Shown here piece by piece: positions 52,050 through 60,917 of a DNA stretch of 64,000 bases. How positions within the stretch are numbered: position 1 is the stretch's first letter; the number at the start of each line of letters is the position of its first letter. Both the position numbers and the translations under genes were made by a program. Below the pieces are notes generated by a model, which did no database searches, was not told where the DNA came from, and saw only the letters and a list, made by a program, of their open reading frames with translations. The stretch comes from Salinimicrobium sp. (GTDB taxonomy: Archaea; Thermoplasmatota; Poseidoniia; Poseidoniales; Poseidoniaceae), in the NCBI GenBank assembly GCA_964228865.1, contig CAXRAI010000015.1:17936-81935 (forward strand), given 5' to 3'.

Positions 52050-54262
52050 TCGGCGTAGTACGCTTCACCGTAGGGCTCAGGCTTGAGGCCCTTGCGCGTA
52101 CGGATGTCGCCGACGACCTTGTCGAAGAGGTGCTCAGGGAGCTTCTCGAAGCCGAGGTTCTCGGTGTTCCACACGGCACGGCCCTGAGAAGCCGCACGGA
52201 TGTCATTGGAGAAACCGAAGGTTTCGGCAATGGGCAAGACACCGACCACGGTGGTCACTTCACCCTCGCTGGGCATGTCTTCGATGATGCCACGGCGGTT
52301 GGTGACCTCACGGGTGACCTGGCCGAGCCAATCGTTGGGGACCGACACGAAGGCCTTCTGCATGGGCTCCATGATGACGGTACGGCCGCGGAGCATGGCG
52401 CCCTTGATGCCGTTTCGGACGGCGGGGATGGTCTGAGCAGGACCGCGGTGGATGGCGTCCTCGTGGAGCTTGGCGTCCACGACACGGACCATCATGCCGG
52501 TCACGGGTTCTTCCGCAACGGGGCCCTTCTTGCACACTTCGTTGAAAGCCTCGATGATGAGTTCACGGGTCTCGTGAAGGCCCTGGATACCCTTGGTGTC
52601 GTTGACCAACACGTTGGTGCCGTTGATGGCGTAGATCTTGCGCATCAGGTCCTTGTCCATGCCAAACTCAGCGAACTTGTCGCCCGTGGCCTTGGAGTCC
52701 TTGTCACGCACGGTGCCGTCACCAAAGTGACCGTCGCGGAGCGCTTCAACGACCTCGGCAGAGAGCGGTTCAACCTCGATGAAGAAGCGGTTGTGGCGGT
52801 TGGGGGACTTGCCTTCGAAGGCGCTGCCCTTGTTGTTGGACTCGAGGCCCTCACGGTAGACCACGATGGGTGGGCTGACCTGGACCTTGATGTTCTGTTC
52901 TTCCTCAATGCGGTAGACGGTGATCTCGAGGTGGAGCTCACCCATGCCGGCGAGCAGTGCTTCACCGGTCTCTTGGTTGGTGGTCACCTGAAGCGAAGCG
53001 TCGGCTTTGGCCAAGGAGCGCAGCGCGTCGATGAACTTGGGGAGGTCCTTCATGGACTTCGGCTCAACGGCCACGGTGACCACGGGGTCGGAGTAGTGAC
53101 GGATGGCTTCGAAGGGGGTGAAGTCCTTGTCGCGGGACAGGGTCACACCGGCCGCGGCGGACTTGATGCCCGTGATGGCGGCGATGTTGCCGGCGACGAC
53201 CTTGGGGACGGTGATGCGGTCTGCACCGACCATCATGGCGACCTGCTGGACGCGCTCGGGCTTGGCGGCGCCGATGGCGTAGACGGACTCACCCTGGTTG
53301 ATGGCGCCGGAGTAGATGCGGCCAACGGCCACTTCGCCGGCGTGAGGGTCCATCCAAATCTTGGTGATCATCATGGCGAGTTCAGCGTCGGGGTCACATG
53401 CGACCATGGCCTTGCCGATGGCGGAATCAGCGTCACCGTTCCAGATGTTGGGGATACGGTAGGGCTGGGCCTGGACAGGGCTGGGCAATTCAGCGACCGC
53501 CATGTCGAGCAGCACCTCGTGAACAGGAGCCTTCTGAGCGAGCGTCTTCTGGTCCTCGTTGTTGCAGTATTCGAAGATCTCCTTGAACGAGATGCCGGAC
53601 TTCTGCATGTAAGGGACGGTGATGCCCCAGTTGTGGTATGCGGAACCAAACGCCACAGTACCGGCCGCGACGTCCACCTGCCAGGACTTCCTGAACTCCT
53701 CAGGAGCGAACTGGCGAATGAGCTTGTTGACCTTCTTGATGGTCTCTTGGAAGCGGGCCATCATGTCTTCAGGCGTCACCTGCAACTCGTTGATGAGGCG
53801 GTCGACCTTGTTGATGAACAGCACCGGCTTGACCTTCTCCTTGAGCGCTTGGCGAACCACGGTCTCGGTCTGAGGCATCGGGCCTTCGACAGCGCACGCG
53901 AGGATGAAACAGCCGTCAACAGCACGCATGGCACGGGTCACGTCACCGCCGAAGTCAACGTGACCTGGGGTGTCGATGAGGTTGATCAGGAAATCCGTGC
54001 TCTCATAGGTGTGCACCATCGAAGCGCTCGCAGCGTTGATGGTAATGCCACGAGCGGACTCCTGCTCGTCGAAGTCGAGCACGCGAGCCGCACCGGCAAG
54101 GTCGGAGGACATCATGCCGGCACCGGCGATGAGGTTGTCCGAGAGCGTGGTCTTTCCGTGGTCGATGTGAGCGGCGATGCAGAGGTTGCGAATCTGAGGG
54201 AGATCGTGCATGACCTCTGTGGCCTTCTTGATGTTGTCTTCCTTACGTCCCATAGCGACCAC
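52046..54262 (-). CDS. fusA: translation elongation factor aEF-2
   Basis: 738 aa. AHIDHGKTTLSD (G1), DTPGHVDF (G3) and NKVDR (G4) are seen, plus EDAIHRGPAQ containing the diphthamide-target His. Confidence 0.97.
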   Translation of the reverse strand: MVAMGRKEDNIKKATEVMHDLPQIRNLCIAAHIDHGKTTLSDNLIAGAGMMSSDLAGAARVLDFDEQESARGITINAASASMVHTYESTDFLINLIDTPGHVDFGGDVTRAMRAVDGCFILACAVEGPMPQTETVVRQALKEKVKPVLFINKVDRLINELQVTPEDMMARFQETIKKVNKLIRQFAPEEFRKSWQVDVAAGTVAFGSAYHNWGITVPYMQKSGISFKEIFEYCNNEDQKTLAQKAPVHEVLLDMAVAELPSPVQAQPYRIPNIWNGDADSAIGKAMVACDPDAELAMMITKIWMDPHAGEVAVGRIYSGAINQGESVYAIGAAKPERVQQVAMMVGADRITVPKVVAGNIAAITGIKSAAAGVTLSRDKDFTPFEAIRHYSDPVVTVAVEPKSMKDLPKFIDALRSLAKADASLQVTTNQETGEALLAGMGELHLEITVYRIEEEQNIKVQVSPPIVVYREGLESNNKGSAFEGKSPNRHNRFFIEVEPLSAEVVEALRDGHFGDGTVRDKDSKATGDKFAEFGMDKDLMRKIYAINGTNVLVNDTKGIQGLHETRELIIEAFNEVCKKGPVAEEPVTGMMVRVVDAKLHEDAIHRGPAQTIPAVRNGIKGAMLRGRTVIMEPMQKAFVSVPNDWLGQVTREVTNRRGIIEDMPSEGEVTTVVGVLPIAETFGFSNDIRAASQGRAVWNTENLGFEKLPEHLFDKVVGDIRTRKGLKPEPYGEAYYAE

Positions 54263-54364
54263 CTTGCGGTGATTTGGCCCACCTGAACCGGGTTCTTAAG
54301 TGCCGCGTTGAGGACATGCCGAAAAGGCATCGCTGGAAGCGAAAGATGGCGTCCCAAAACGGCC

Positions 54365-54706
54365 TCAATCCCGGACGGATGCTTGTGCCAACAAGACGTG
54401 ATACGCGAACGCCACGAGCGACAATGTCACGAGCACGAACAGAGGAACACGGAGGCTCCCCGTCTCCGGATTCGAGAGACCAGAGACGGACAGGAACACG
54501 CCGTTCAGCACCACGAAAGCGAACGCGTTGGCGATGCCAACGCCCTTGGCGCCTCCTGGCGAGGCGAGGATCATCCAGGCGGCGATGACCAGCATGACGC
54601 TGGCCGAAATCCGAAGGGATTCGACCTGGCCAGAAGCAACGTGGATGAAGACGTCCAGCGCTTGGATGAACAGCAGGATCCCGAAGGAGCGGTGCAGCGG
54701 CCGCAA
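54365..54706 (-). CDS. small hypothetical membrane protein (4 TM) between rps7 and fusA
   Basis: 113 aa. It starts 4 nt after the S7 stop. Hydrophobic segments: FGILLFIQALDVFIHV, VMLVIAAWMILA, IANAFAFVVLNGVFLSV, LFVLVTLSLVAFAYHVLL. No family recognised. Confidence 0.5.
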   Translation of the reverse strand: MRPLHRSFGILLFIQALDVFIHVASGQVESLRISASVMLVIAAWMILASPGGAKGVGIANAFAFVVLNGVFLSVSGLSNPETGSLRVPLFVLVTLSLVAFAYHVLLAQASVRD

Positions 54707-54710
54707 AGGC

Positions 54711-55319
54711 TCACCGAGCCGAGGCAGCGATGCGCTCGACTTCTTCCTTCTTGGCGACAGCGAACGCCGTCACGTCACCCGTGCTGGCCTTCGTCAACTC
54801 GTTGACGATGCACTGCTTGAGGGTGCGCTTGGACTTGCGTGTGCCCGATGCAGCGCCTGCAGCAAGGTTGCGCAAGGCGATGTCGAGGCGACGGGAAGGC
54901 GAGGCGTCCACGGCCTTGGGCTGGGAAACGGCACCGAACTTGATCCGGGTGATTTCCTCCATGGGCGCCGCGTAGCAAATGGCGTCCACGAAGAGTTGGA
55001 GCGGGTTGTCGCCAGAGCGCTCGGCCATGGTGTCGAGGGCTTCCTCGAAGGCCTTCATGGCGCCCTGCTTCTTCCCGGTGTACTTTCCAGTGCGCATGAG
55101 CTTGTTGACGTAGCGCTCAACCACGCTGAGCTTGGACTTGCCGAACCACGCGTTGGCGTGGCGGCCACCTGTATGGGGAACGCCCACGGTGGTGAGGTTG
55201 ACGTAGGGCGCGAGACCGGGGTCTCGGCAGGTCACTTCGCTTGCATCCCACTTGCCAAACACCTTGGTGCCGATACCGGCGATGGGGCGGACTTCTTCCT
55301 CAACGATTTCTTCGCTCAT
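54711..55319 (-). CDS. rps7: 30S ribosomal protein uS7
   Basis: 202 aa. FGKWD, HTGGRHANAWFGKSKLSVVERYVNKLMRTG and AVSQPKAVDASPSRRLDIALRN are seen. Confidence 0.95.
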   Translation of the reverse strand: MSEEIVEEEVRPIAGIGTKVFGKWDASEVTCRDPGLAPYVNLTTVGVPHTGGRHANAWFGKSKLSVVERYVNKLMRTGKYTGKKQGAMKAFEEALDTMAERSGDNPLQLFVDAICYAAPMEEITRIKFGAVSQPKAVDASPSRRLDIALRNLAAGAASGTRKSKRTLKQCIVNELTKASTGDVTAFAVAKKEEVERIAASAR

Positions 55320-55328
55320 GGAACCACC

Positions 55329-55757
55329 TCAGCGGACTGGCTTCTCCTTTCGGCCTCGGACCATCTCGTCAAGCGAAACGCCGTTGACTTGGATGACCTT
55401 GTAGCGGACACCAGGAATGTCACCGTACGAACGACCCATGCGTCCACCGATACCTTCGACCATGACCTCGTCGTGCTCGTCGATGAAGTTGATGGCGCCG
55501 TCGCCGGGGGCGAACGCGGTGAGCTTGTTGCCGTTCTTGATGAGGGAGATCTTGACCGCCTTGCGGATGCCGCTGTTGGGCTGCTTGGCTTCGATGCCGA
55601 CCTTCTCGACCACGATGCCCTTGGCCTGGGTCGACCCACCGAGCGGGTCGTGACGCTCGCGCGTCTTCAGCATCCGCTTCTTGTAGCGGCGGTCGGACCA
55701 CCGAAACTTCTGGCGATCCTTGGCCATCTTTGAGCCTGCAAAGAGTCCCCGACCCAC
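55329..55757 (-). CDS. rps12: 30S ribosomal protein uS12
   Basis: 142 aa. [32 protein letters not shown] and [18 protein letters not shown] are seen. Confidence 0.95.
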   Translation of the reverse strand: MGRGLFAGSKMAKDRQKFRWSDRRYKKRMLKTRERHDPLGGSTQAKGIVVEKVGIEAKQPNSGIRKAVKISLIKNGNKLTAFAPGDGAINFIDEHDEVMVEGIGGRMGRSYGDIPGVRYKVIQVNGVSLDEMVRGRKEKPVR

Positions 55758-55796
55758 ATCATCACCTCATCGAAGCACGTCGCCCACCGTCGCCCC

Positions 55797-55807
55797 CTAT
55801 ATGAAAG
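55797..55807 (-). promoter_or_regulatory. candidate TATA-like element (minus strand ctttcatatag) upstream of rps12
   Basis: This is the only AT-rich patch in the 117-nt divergent gap between rps12 and the UbiD-like gene. It is centred about 43 nt upstream of the rps12 ATG. The match to the archaeal TATA consensus is weak. Confidence 0.3.
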
Positions 55808-55874
55808 CCACGATGCGGTTGACGGGCCTGCAATCCTCCGTGACGTTGAAGCCTTACCGCCTTGACGAGGGTCC

Positions 55875-57152
55875 ATGGCGTTCAGGGACCACCTCGGTGC
55901 GGCCACGACGGTAACCGAACCCGTCAGCCTTGTGCACGGCCTCTGGAAGTGGTCCTACGACCACGGGGGAGCCATGGCGGTCTTCGAGTCGCTCGAAGAA
56001 GCGCCCGGGCACCGTGCAGCGGTGAACATGCTCACGCGAGACCGCCTTTGTGCGGCCATTGGCATCGAACCGGGCGCCTACATCGACACCTTGGGCTGGG
56101 CCATGGCCAACCCGCAGGATCCCGTCATGGTCCCAGAGGAAGAGGCCGAAGTGTTCCAAGTCCGTCGAGAATCGCCTTCACTCAGCACCTTGCCCATCCC
56201 ACATCACTGGCCTGAAGATGCAGGACGATACATGTCGGCCTCCGTGATCGTGGCCGATGACGGTGAGCGACGCAACATCAGTTTCCACCGTCAATTGTTG
56301 AGGGACGACGAACACCTCGTTGTGCGACTTGTGCCCCGCCATCTGCGCACCATGGTCGACGAAGCGCGTGCAGAAGGCCGTGATGTCAACATCGCCATCG
56401 TCAATGCCCCTGACCCGGTGGTGCTGCTCGCTGCGGCATCCACCTTCGCAGAATTCCTCGACGAGATGACCGTCGCGGCAGCACTCCATGAGCGCCTCTA
56501 CGGTCGTCCGCTCCGCACCACGGTCGCCCCAAATGGCGTCGTGATTCCCGCTGATGCGGAGTATGTCATGTGGGGGCGCATCACGCAAGATGACGATTCC
56601 GAAGGCCCGTACGTGGACATCACCGGGACGGTGGATGACGTTCGTCAGCAACCTGTGATCCACGTGGAAGGGGTGTGCCACCGTGAACGCCCAATCTTCC
56701 ATGCTCTCATCCCCGGTGAAGCCGAACACAAGACCCTGATGGGCCTGCCCCGAGCGCCCACGATCAAGGCCGCCGTCAGTCAAGTGGTGACCTGCCTTGA
56801 CGTCCACATGTCAGACGGCGGGTGTGGATGGCTGGCCAGCGTGGTGAAGATCCGTCGTGAACACGAAGACGACCCTGCCAAGGCGATTGAGGCGGCCTTC
56901 CGAGGCCATCCCTCGATGAAATCCGTGACCGTGGTGGATGAGGACATCGACATCACCGACCCGACCTCCGTGGAATGGGCCATGATGACCCGTTGGCAAC
57001 CGGACCGAGACACCGTCATCCTGCGCGACCAGCGAGGCTCGTCCCTCGACCCGTCGCGATACGACGACGGAAGGACCTCCAAGGTCGGCTTTGATGCAAC
57101 CATTCCCTGGGGCGCCGATCGAAGCGCCTTTGCCACCGTACAACGACCCTGA
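55875..57152 (+). CDS. UbiD-family (prenylated-FMN-dependent) decarboxylase
   Basis: 425 aa. NMLTRDRLCAAIG, HWPEDAGRYMSASVIVA, NISFHRQLL and GPYVDITG are UbiD-like strings. The substrate is not decidable from the sequence (see findings). Confidence 0.7.
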   Translation: MAFRDHLGAATTVTEPVSLVHGLWKWSYDHGGAMAVFESLEEAPGHRAAVNMLTRDRLCAAIGIEPGAYIDTLGWAMANPQDPVMVPEEEAEVFQVRRESPSLSTLPIPHHWPEDAGRYMSASVIVADDGERRNISFHRQLLRDDEHLVVRLVPRHLRTMVDEARAEGRDVNIAIVNAPDPVVLLAAASTFAEFLDEMTVAAALHERLYGRPLRTTVAPNGVVIPADAEYVMWGRITQDDDSEGPYVDITGTVDDVRQQPVIHVEGVCHRERPIFHALIPGEAEHKTLMGLPRAPTIKAAVSQVVTCLDVHMSDGGCGWLASVVKIRREHEDDPAKAIEAAFRGHPSMKSVTVVDEDIDITDPTSVEWAMMTRWQPDRDTVILRDQRGSSLDPSRYDDGRTSKVGFDATIPWGADRSAFATVQRP

Positions 57153-57161
57153 GGTGCCGGC

Positions 57162-58175
57162 ATGGCGGAGGACCTTGAGGACCGCCTGCAACATCCACGT
57201 CGGCATCTTGGTGACCGCCATCTCGCACAAGCACGCAAATTCCTGAAGCTGGCCGACCGCGACCCAGAGCGTGCGGCTGGAAACCTTGACTGGGCGGAGC
57301 AACACGCTCGACAAGCCCTGCTCTATGATTTCACGCAGGGTGATGCGTGGAGGTTGCTCGTCGAGTTGAAAGGCCGTGTTGACGATGAGGCAGGGGTGCA
57401 TGCCGTCCTCGAGGATTTGTTCACGGTGCTGGGACGAGATCCAGAACGGGCCGGTCAACTCCGGGGGGTGGCGTTGCTGCCGATCGCAGGAGAGTTGCTG
57501 GAAGCAGCGATGCTTCAGGACCCGTTGGACGCGGACGCGTGGTGGTCGCGTTTGATTGAACGCGACGATTCCGACACCGCGTTGTCCGAATTTGCCAACC
57601 GTTGCCGCACCCTCGATTTTACCGACGCGAGGGCGTCTGTGATTTTTGCACGGCGCCTGATTCGCCTCCGGACCAAAGACGAAGACCTCTTCGTCGACCT
57701 CTCGTCCCACCTTTTGGCGCACCGACCTCAAAATCACGAATTGTGGTTGGACCTCGGCCGGCTCCATGAACGGCGTGAACGCTTTGATGAAGCGTGGTTG
57801 TGCTACGATCACGTCCAAACGTTGCGCCCCCACATGGACGCTCGAGACCGCTTCCAAGCACGCTTGAACGCTGGGTTGGACGGTAAAGCACAACAACCGT
57901 GGTCACCTCCTGACGTGGACACCAGGCAACGCTTCCTTTCGGCCATGATGGACCTGCGCACCCGCATCGCACCGGTCCTTGAAGCACCGATCGATGTGCA
58001 ACACGAGGTGGAAGAAGACGCCCAAGATCCTCAGATGCTGAAGATTGAATCCCTACTCGATCAAGGAGAGCATGCGGAGGCCTTCTTCCTCGCACGCCGA
58101 GCGTTGGCCAGCGGCGAGGCATGGGCGTCTGACCTATTGGAACGGGCCCGCTCGGGCATGGGGGAATCGATCTGA
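57162..58175 (+). CDS. hypothetical TPR-like helical repeat protein
   Basis: 337 aa, all-helical composition. At least one clear TPR unit (HELWLDLGRLHERRERFDEAWLCYDHVQTLRP). It starts 9 nt after the UbiD-like gene. The antisense ORF 56811..57896 looks spurious. Confidence 0.5.
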   Translation: MAEDLEDRLQHPRRHLGDRHLAQARKFLKLADRDPERAAGNLDWAEQHARQALLYDFTQGDAWRLLVELKGRVDDEAGVHAVLEDLFTVLGRDPERAGQLRGVALLPIAGELLEAAMLQDPLDADAWWSRLIERDDSDTALSEFANRCRTLDFTDARASVIFARRLIRLRTKDEDLFVDLSSHLLAHRPQNHELWLDLGRLHERRERFDEAWLCYDHVQTLRPHMDARDRFQARLNAGLDGKAQQPWSPPDVDTRQRFLSAMMDLRTRIAPVLEAPIDVQHEVEEDAQDPQMLKIESLLDQGEHAEAFFLARRALASGEAWASDLLERARSGMGESI

Positions 58176-58225
58176 CACGTTTCGTCCTTGCATGGGCCAT
58201 CGAGGAAGGTGACCCAATCCTCCCT

Positions 58226-58576
58226 TTGGGGGAGGGCGGGCGTTTGTTGCTGGTCCGTCACCCTGAGAGAGGATGGGAATTTCCCGGAGGACGCGTGGAG
58301 GACGGAGAGAGTCCCGAGGAGGCCATGCACCGCGAACTGCTCGAGGAAACCGGTCGTCGTGGCACGGTGCTTGCCTGGAACACCAGTTACTACGAGGAAG
58401 GTTGGGTTGCCCTGATGCGCCTCGACCACACGGAGGAAGACGTCGATGACGTCCATGTCGCTGAAACCCGATGGTGGGACGTGGTTCCTCCAATGGAGGC
58501 TTGGAACCCCGGGGAATTCTCAGACCTCGGTCAGTGGGTCAAGCGCGTGCATGGTGAGTTGGGCCATGCGTTGTGA
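58226..58576 (+). CDS. Nudix hydrolase
   Basis: Nudix box GGRVEDGESPEEAMHRELLEETG (Gx5Ex7REUxEExGU). The track start is TTG at 58226, but the frame is open back to 58133, so the N-terminus may be longer (no ATG is available upstream). Confidence 0.7.
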   Translation: MGEGGRLLLVRHPERGWEFPGGRVEDGESPEEAMHRELLEETGRRGTVLAWNTSYYEEGWVALMRLDHTEEDVDDVHVAETRWWDVVPPMEAWNPGEFSDLGQWVKRVHGELGHAL

Positions 58577-59578
58577 CCAGGCCTCGGTCTGTTCAACGTC
58601 CACGTGCTGCATGACCGCACAGAGCATGGGGTCCTCGACACCGTCGTAGGCGCCCATGAGGTGCTTCACGAGGTCTAGGCGTTCGTAACGCGCCGCCAAG
58701 AGGGCCACGGCACGCAGATCTGGGCGTTCCTGGCCGTCGATTCGCTCACCGCATGCAGAGGTGCACCAGGCGAGCACTTGTTCGGCCTCCGAACGCAGCA
58801 CATTGGGCTCGGGGACTTCATCCCCAATGTTCCTTGGGCCTGCGGCCTCAACTTGTTCGGCCATCGGTTGAGCGTCGTCAGAAAGATGAAGTTCAGCCAT
58901 GTCCACAAATGTGGTCCCGGCCTCAATCGCGAGCATGCGCTGATTGGCGAGGATGGCGTACGTATGGGCAATCCACAGCAGACGAAGGGCCTCAAACATC
59001 TGCCCAAGGTCACCGTAAATTCGACCTGCAGACAAACGTGAGATCGCGATGGATTCGTTGGCATGGCCCGCGCTCCGCGACATTTCCCCGTAGACCTGGA
59101 GGGCCATCACCTGCTCCCCCAATGCAAGGTGGAACGCCGCCTTGTTGAGGATGGTCAAATCATGATCCCTCGAGGCTTTCGCCACCGACTTGAGGCGCGT
59201 TTCCGCCCACGTGAGGTCATCACGTGCCCCGTCGTGGTCGCCCTGTTCGAACCGAAACAGACCACGTTCCATGCGGACGCGACCTTCCAGCGCCAAGTCA
59301 CGGGTGTCCTGGGACGAACACACGGCCAAGGCCGCTTCAATGACCGCCTCATCCAACGTTCCTCGAGCCGCACGGATGCGAACCATCTCGAGCACCGCCA
59401 TTTGGGCGGGGGTCAAGGAGACCGTCCACTCGTCCACCCGATCAAGGGCGCCCATGAACACGGCCGCTTCACACAGGTGGAGCCAATCCTTCACTCCTGC
59501 CTCCTCCATCCAAGCCTGGACTTGGTCGAGATCGGCACCGTCTCGAGCTCGATTGACGACGTCTTCTGGTCCACGCAT
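58520..59578 (-). CDS. hypothetical helical (TPR-like) protein, last gene of the exosome-superoperon transcription unit
   Basis: 352 aa. Its ATG overlaps the DHH gene stop by 1 nt (TGATG at 59576-59580). Helical repeat composition. No family recognised. Its 3-prime end overlaps the convergent Nudix gene by 57 nt. Confidence 0.5.
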   Translation of the reverse strand: MRGPEDVVNRARDGADLDQVQAWMEEAGVKDWLHLCEAAVFMGALDRVDEWTVSLTPAQMAVLEMVRIRAARGTLDEAVIEAALAVCSSQDTRDLALEGRVRMERGLFRFEQGDHDGARDDLTWAETRLKSVAKASRDHDLTILNKAAFHLALGEQVMALQVYGEMSRSAGHANESIAISRLSAGRIYGDLGQMFEALRLLWIAHTYAILANQRMLAIEAGTTFVDMAELHLSDDAQPMAEQVEAAGPRNIGDEVPEPNVLRSEAEQVLAWCTSACGERIDGQERPDLRAVALLAARYERLDLVKHLMGAYDGVEDPMLCAVMQHVDVEQTEAWSQRMAQLTMHALDPLTEV

Positions 59579-60579
59579 CAGGGGTTCACCTCCTTCCTCG
59601 GGGTCGCGGCCACCGCTGCGAGGGCCGCGGTTTCCGCAGCGACGCGATCAAGAGCCGACGTCCAGCCTGCTGCTCCGTCGTGGCCTCCCCCTTCACCACC
59701 GTGAACGGTGGCCAGTTCTTCGAGGAGACGCCCAAGGTGCAAACCTTGGCGACACGCCGTGGCCCGGGCTCGACCGGTCACGCGGGTTTTCCCGTCACGA
59801 TGGCGAACCACAAAGCACACGTCAGCTCCCGTTCCCAGCAGCAATGAGGCGAGGCGACCCTCAAGGGTTCCCGCCCGCGTCGTCACCAAACGCCACGGTC
59901 CTGCGTCCGTGGTCGTTGCACGCTGCAGACCCTTCAGCAAAGCGCCATGATCGCTGGATGTCAAATCGGCGTCCGCTTCGATGCGGTCCACCAGGCCACG
60001 GTAGTCGAGGGCATCGTCCTCGAGCAAGGTCAAGGCCGAGCGGAAGGACGAGGCTTCTGCGTGCTTGAAGCGCCCGGTGTCGGTGATGAGCCCTGCCATC
60101 AAGAGGCGGCGGACCGGGGAAGTCAATGCTTCTGGGTGGTGGCGGGCCAAGTAAGCGGTCACGATTTCTGTGGTGGCGGATACAGGCCATCGAAGGCTCA
60201 AGTCCCGTTCACCGAGGGCCCAGCCGTCTGTGGCGTGATGGTCCAAGACGCAGATCGGAATGCCCTCTGGAAGGTCGACGTCAAGCTGACTCGGAGCAGC
60301 AGCATCCACGACAACAAGACCACCGAGTGCGGATGGCCATGCCGTCGGACGACCAAGGCGGCGGAAAGGCGCCTGCTCCTCCTCGACCATTCGCTTGGCC
60401 AAGCGTCCCAAATGGCGTCCACATGCCATGGCTTGAGGCAATGCTGCGGCCAAACCAACCGCGGAAGCCACCGTGTCCATGTCGCCGTTTGCACCGCACA
60501 CCACGGGCACCGCGCCACGGGAAGCAGCGTCGGCCAACCAGGCATGAAGCCGATCCAAATCGGCTTCGAAGCCCGTCAC
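59578..60579 (-). CDS. DHH/DHHA1-family phosphoesterase (NrnA-like nanoRNase / pAp phosphatase type)
   Basis: 333 aa. VVCGANGDMDTVAS (DHH motifs I/II region), VLDHHAT (DHH) and GGEGGGHDGAAG (DHHA1 GGGH) are seen. The GTG start overlaps the prefoldin stop (GTGA). Confidence 0.7.
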   Translation of the reverse strand: MTGFEADLDRLHAWLADAASRGAVPVVCGANGDMDTVASAVGLAAALPQAMACGRHLGRLAKRMVEEEQAPFRRLGRPTAWPSALGGLVVVDAAAPSQLDVDLPEGIPICVLDHHATDGWALGERDLSLRWPVSATTEIVTAYLARHHPEALTSPVRRLLMAGLITDTGRFKHAEASSFRSALTLLEDDALDYRGLVDRIEADADLTSSDHGALLKGLQRATTTDAGPWRLVTTRAGTLEGRLASLLLGTGADVCFVVRHRDGKTRVTGRARATACRQGLHLGRLLEELATVHGGEGGGHDGAAGWTSALDRVAAETAALAAVAATPRKEVNP

Positions 60580-60917
60580 GCAGATCCCTCGAGGTCCTTG
60601 CGCATCGTTTCGTAGGCTTCGATGAGGCGCGCTTCATGCTCCGTCAGGCGCTTGAGGTGTTCTTGGAGTCGGGCGTGGCTGGTCTTGAGGTCCTCGAGAA
60701 GGGCGGCACGGTCCCCAACTTCGATCAGCACTCCGCCAAGGTGGCGGTGCAGGGCAAGCCCTTCCGGTTGAGCCTCAACCGCCGCGATGGTGCCTTCGAG
60801 TTCCGCCACCTGATTGCGGACGGTGGCCACCTGCTGGCGGGCCGCTTGGACTTCACCAACGACAACTTGCAGACGCTCGAGTTCGCTCATGGACCACACG
60901 GAGGGGAGGTCCCTCAA
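60576..60917 (-). CDS. pfdB: prefoldin beta subunit
   Basis: A coiled coil - beta hairpin - coiled coil pattern: QVVVGEVQAARQQVATVRNQVAELEGT...LGGVLIEVGDRAALLEDLKTSHARLQEHLKRL. The start is either TTG 60917 (overlapping the Pcc1 stop) or ATG 60890. The position in the superoperon is conserved. Confidence 0.75.
   Translation of the reverse strand: MRDLPSVWSMSELERLQVVVGEVQAARQQVATVRNQVAELEGTIAAVEAQPEGLALHRHLGGVLIEVGDRAALLEDLKTSHARLQEHLKRLTEHEARLIEAYETMRKDLEGSA

Noticed and set aside
51983-54286. 767-aa plus-strand ORF covering the whole EF-2 locus
   Set aside because: It is exactly antisense to a perfectly conserved aEF-2 gene. The product is a low-complexity Gly/Asp/Val/His/Leu string with no motifs. 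This is a typical stop-free antisense frame in GC-rich DNA.
54528-55733. 401-aa plus-strand ORF over rps7 and rps12
   Set aside because: It is antisense to two canonical ribosomal protein genes.
56811-57896. 361-aa minus-strand ORF over the UbiD 3-prime end and the TPR-like gene
   Set aside because: It overlaps the well-supported UbiD-family gene and has a Gln/Arg/Val-rich composition. The plus-strand TPR-like ORF has a recognisable repeat and follows UbiD by 9 nt.
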